In this document: piece after piece, positions 33,628-35,395 of the stretch
Numbering within the stretch: position 1 is the stretch's first letter
Layout of the letters: every line of letters begins with the position of its first letter
Virus record (IMG/VR): IMGVR_UViG_3300038358_000167
Source: a virus
Direction: 5' to 3' (one strand)
DNA length: 35,395 nt
Program-made: the position numbers and the translations under genes
The notes under the pieces: generated by a model
The model's input: the letters and a program-made list of their open reading frames with translations, nothing else
What the model was told of the DNA's origin: nothing
The model's database searches: none

Positions 33628-33894
33628 TTATTTATTATTTTTTTTACTATCTTCATGTAAATAATAAAGGCGTTCGTCTATACGAATCAACATCTTTTTT
33701 ATATCGCCCTGTCCGGTCTCTATATTATCTATTTTAGTCATAATAGTCTTGTTCTTAAGATCTACCATCTCTCTAATAGACTTATCTTTATGGTCGATAA
33801 CCCCTAGCAGTAGTGCTACTACTCCACTTGATCCAACTGCTATTCCGCTAGCCTTTATACTCTTAGATTGTAAGAACAAGGACAGCCAGTTCAT
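33628..33894 (-). CDS. Single-pass membrane protein (holin / antiholin / i-spanin candidate)
   Basis: 88 aa with an N-terminal TM segment (ASGIAVGSSGVVALLLGVI) followed by a charged helical region. Confidence 0.45.
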   Translation of the reverse strand: MNWLSLFLQSKSIKASGIAVGSSGVVALLLGVIDHKDKSIREMVDLKNKTIMTKIDNIETGQGDIKKMLIRIDERLYYLHEDSKKNNK

Positions 33895-34439
33895 TATAAA
33901 GAGGCCTTATAAGCTCTAAACTCATCTTTTTTCTTATGCCTATAAATAGCGTATTCAATAGATATCTCAATAAGTCTTGTGGCATAGTCTAAACATTTCT
34001 GATCCGTATCTAAAGGTTCACCCTTATCAATAATTTTTGTTATTAAATCTGATTGCTTAACATCAACCTCTGCTAATAGCCCTTGACCACTAAACGAAGC
34101 TGGAGAGTCACGCATCATAATTAATTCAAGATAATTAGCTGTTGCAGACTCCGGAGACTCAGCAAACAACTTAGCTTTTACATCAGCCAAAACAACAGTG
34201 TTTAAAGTTACGTATTCATTATATATAGCCACAGCCTTTGCAGTTTCTACAGCAGCTAAAGCATCAGCAGCCTGTACGGCAGCTTTTTCAACAAAGTCTA
34301 TAGATAGCACACCATCTGTTGCAATGATCCATCTTGGATCTTCACTGATACCGTATGTCCATTCACCGATATTATCGGCTGGGGCTCTTGTGGCATCTTC
34401 TATAAATTTAACTCCATTTCTTTCCACTAAATATTTCAT
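33894..34439 (-). CDS. Putative tail fibre assembly / chaperone protein (position-based)
   Basis: 181-aa ORF with a 1-nt overlap to the tail fibre stop, immediately downstream of the fibre gene. Confidence 0.4.
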   Translation of the reverse strand: MKYLVERNGVKFIEDATRAPADNIGEWTYGISEDPRWIIATDGVLSIDFVEKAAVQAADALAAVETAKAVAIYNEYVTLNTVVLADVKAKLFAESPESATANYLELIMMRDSPASFSGQGLLAEVDVKQSDLITKIIDKGEPLDTDQKCLDYATRLIEISIEYAIYRHKKKDEFRAYKASL

Positions 34440-35395
34440 TATTTAAACTTCCTTGCTGAAAATTTATAAGCAGTTAAATTTTGGTTAGAGATGTTTCCGT
34501 TGACAAAACCTTTAAGATAATAAGTCGTTGCCACCGCCGGGTTCACCCTATAGCCAGTTAAGGTTAAAGTCTTAACTTCAAATGACACGTTAGTGTAAAC
34601 ATCAAACATTGCATTGTCTGCATAGTTTAAAGTTGGAGCACTGGTTCCTCCAACTGTGTCTATTGCCGCACGTATATCATAAACACCGTTCGCAGCAGTG
34701 GTTTGTCCAATAACACTAAACTCAAGCACTTGCTCACCAGGGTCAACAACTATACTGGTGATAACTCCGTAAGTGTTTGATGTAAAAGCCCACCCTGCCG
34801 ATGTAGATGATTTTGCCTCAACATAAGCAGTCTCGCCAAAGACACCGAACACTGAAAAGTCTTGCTGGTAAGTTACCTCTAAAAAGCTATCGTTTGTTCC
34901 GCCAACAACTGTGTAAGATGCGTCCGTTTGTGAGTCTATGAACGCCTCTATGTAATCACCCTTAGCCAATAGTACGACTCGACTTGATGTCAGAGTAACT
35001 GTTGCGCTTTCTGCGTTATCTAACGATCTATAAAGAGAAACTCCATTTTTATAAATACTCAATGTCATTAAATCGGTACTTGTGACTCCATTCATGTAGC
35101 AATGTGCATTTATTAAATAGTATCCAGATTTAAGAATTAATATACGACTATTGCCTATGTCTGAAGCTCCAGTAGCATCGAAGATCACACTATCAAAGGC
35201 TATTTTGGTTGGGCTGGTAGATGAAACTGTTTGGTTTGAAGTAATATTTAACTGAGTTTTTGCGCTACTAAACAAAGTCTCAGTCGTTGAAACTAGATTA
35301 GATGCTGCCAGTCCTTCAATTGGAACAGAAACCGTAAACGAAACATCTACTGTATTCCCTAAAGTGTTACCATTTAAAGCAACTAAACCTGACGT
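34439..35395 (-). CDS. Tail fibre, C-terminal part (same gene as 1..1930; 35269..35395 duplicates 1..127)
   Basis: The frame is open from the window end to the stop at 34439. The track TTG start at 35275 is internal (codon 7..5 of the other end, same frame as the ATG at 1930). C1q/TNF-like pattern GYYLINAHCYMNG...LSIYKNGVSLYRS...LLAKGDYIEAFI. Confidence 0.85.
   Translation of the reverse strand, partial: TSGLVALNGNTLGNTVDVSFTVSVPIEGLAASNLVSTTETLFSSAKTQLNITSNQTVSSTSPTKIAFDSVIFDATGASDIGNSRILILKSGYYLINAHCYMNGVTSTDLMTLSIYKNGVSLYRSLDNAESATVTLTSSRVVLLAKGDYIEAFIDSQTDASYTVVGGTNDSFLEVTYQQDFSVFGVFGETAYVEAKSSTSAGWAFTSNTYGVITSIVVDPGEQVLEFSVIGQTTAANGVYDIRAAIDTVGGTSAPTLNYADNAMFDVYTNVSFEVKTLTLTGYRVNPAVATTYYLKGFVNGNISNQNLTAYKFSARKFK
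35269..35395. repeat. Terminal overlap, copy 2 (identical to 1..127)
   Basis: Same comparison as copy 1. The unique genome length is therefore 35268 bp. Confidence 0.95.

Noticed and set aside
1-35395. Lysogeny module, diversity-generating retroelement, retron, transposase or toxin-antitoxin pair
   Set aside because: No ORF shows integrase/recombinase, HTH-repressor, reverse-transcriptase or transposase signatures. I saw no template/variable repeat pair near the fibre genes. The palindromic operators alone do not establish a temperate lifestyle.

Overview
The window is a complete, circularly closed genome of an AT-rich tailed dsDNA phage. The first and last 127 bp are identical, which leaves 35,268 unique bp. 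The tail genes are siphovirus-type.

Late operon: a roughly 24 kb operon on the minus strand runs from 18476 downwards through the junction to 29628. Its order is terS, terL, portal, head-accessory genes, scaffold, major capsid protein, about eleven connector or fibre-like genes, tail tube, a G/GT-type chaperone pair, tape measure and a Dit-position gene. Then come a 919-aa tail fibre (split by the linearisation point), a fibre-assembly candidate, a five-gene lysis cassette and two more tail-type genes.

Accessory third (18.5-29.6 kb):
- A plus-strand two-gene lipoprotein moron with its own terminator.
- A minus-strand early block: metallophosphoesterase, mini HExxH peptidase, small acidic protein, two small ORFs and a D5/P4-alpha-type SF3 helicase.
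- An iteron array next to the helicase gene.
- A divergent control region that holds a terminator-bounded small transcript candidate.
- A plus-strand block: Sak4-like ATPase, an SSB-like protein with a DEELPF tail, a VRR-NUC-like nuclease, a second metallophosphoesterase and many tiny ORFs.

I recognise no integrase, repressor, DNA polymerase, reverse transcriptase, tRNA, CRISPR array or transposase. Strong AGGAGG-type Shine-Dalgarno sites, lipobox signal peptides and a spanin-like lipoprotein suggest a Gram-negative, non-Bacteroidota host; this is inference only.

Most functional calls rest on motif reading and gene order, not on database searches. I could not confirm a single clearly novel system. 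The best candidates for follow-up are:
- the translationally coupled phosphoesterase / mini-peptidase / acidic-protein trio
- the lipoprotein moron
- the iteron origin
- the recurrent TTAACA element in front of each early-gene ribosome-binding site
- the operator-controlled membrane-protein operon
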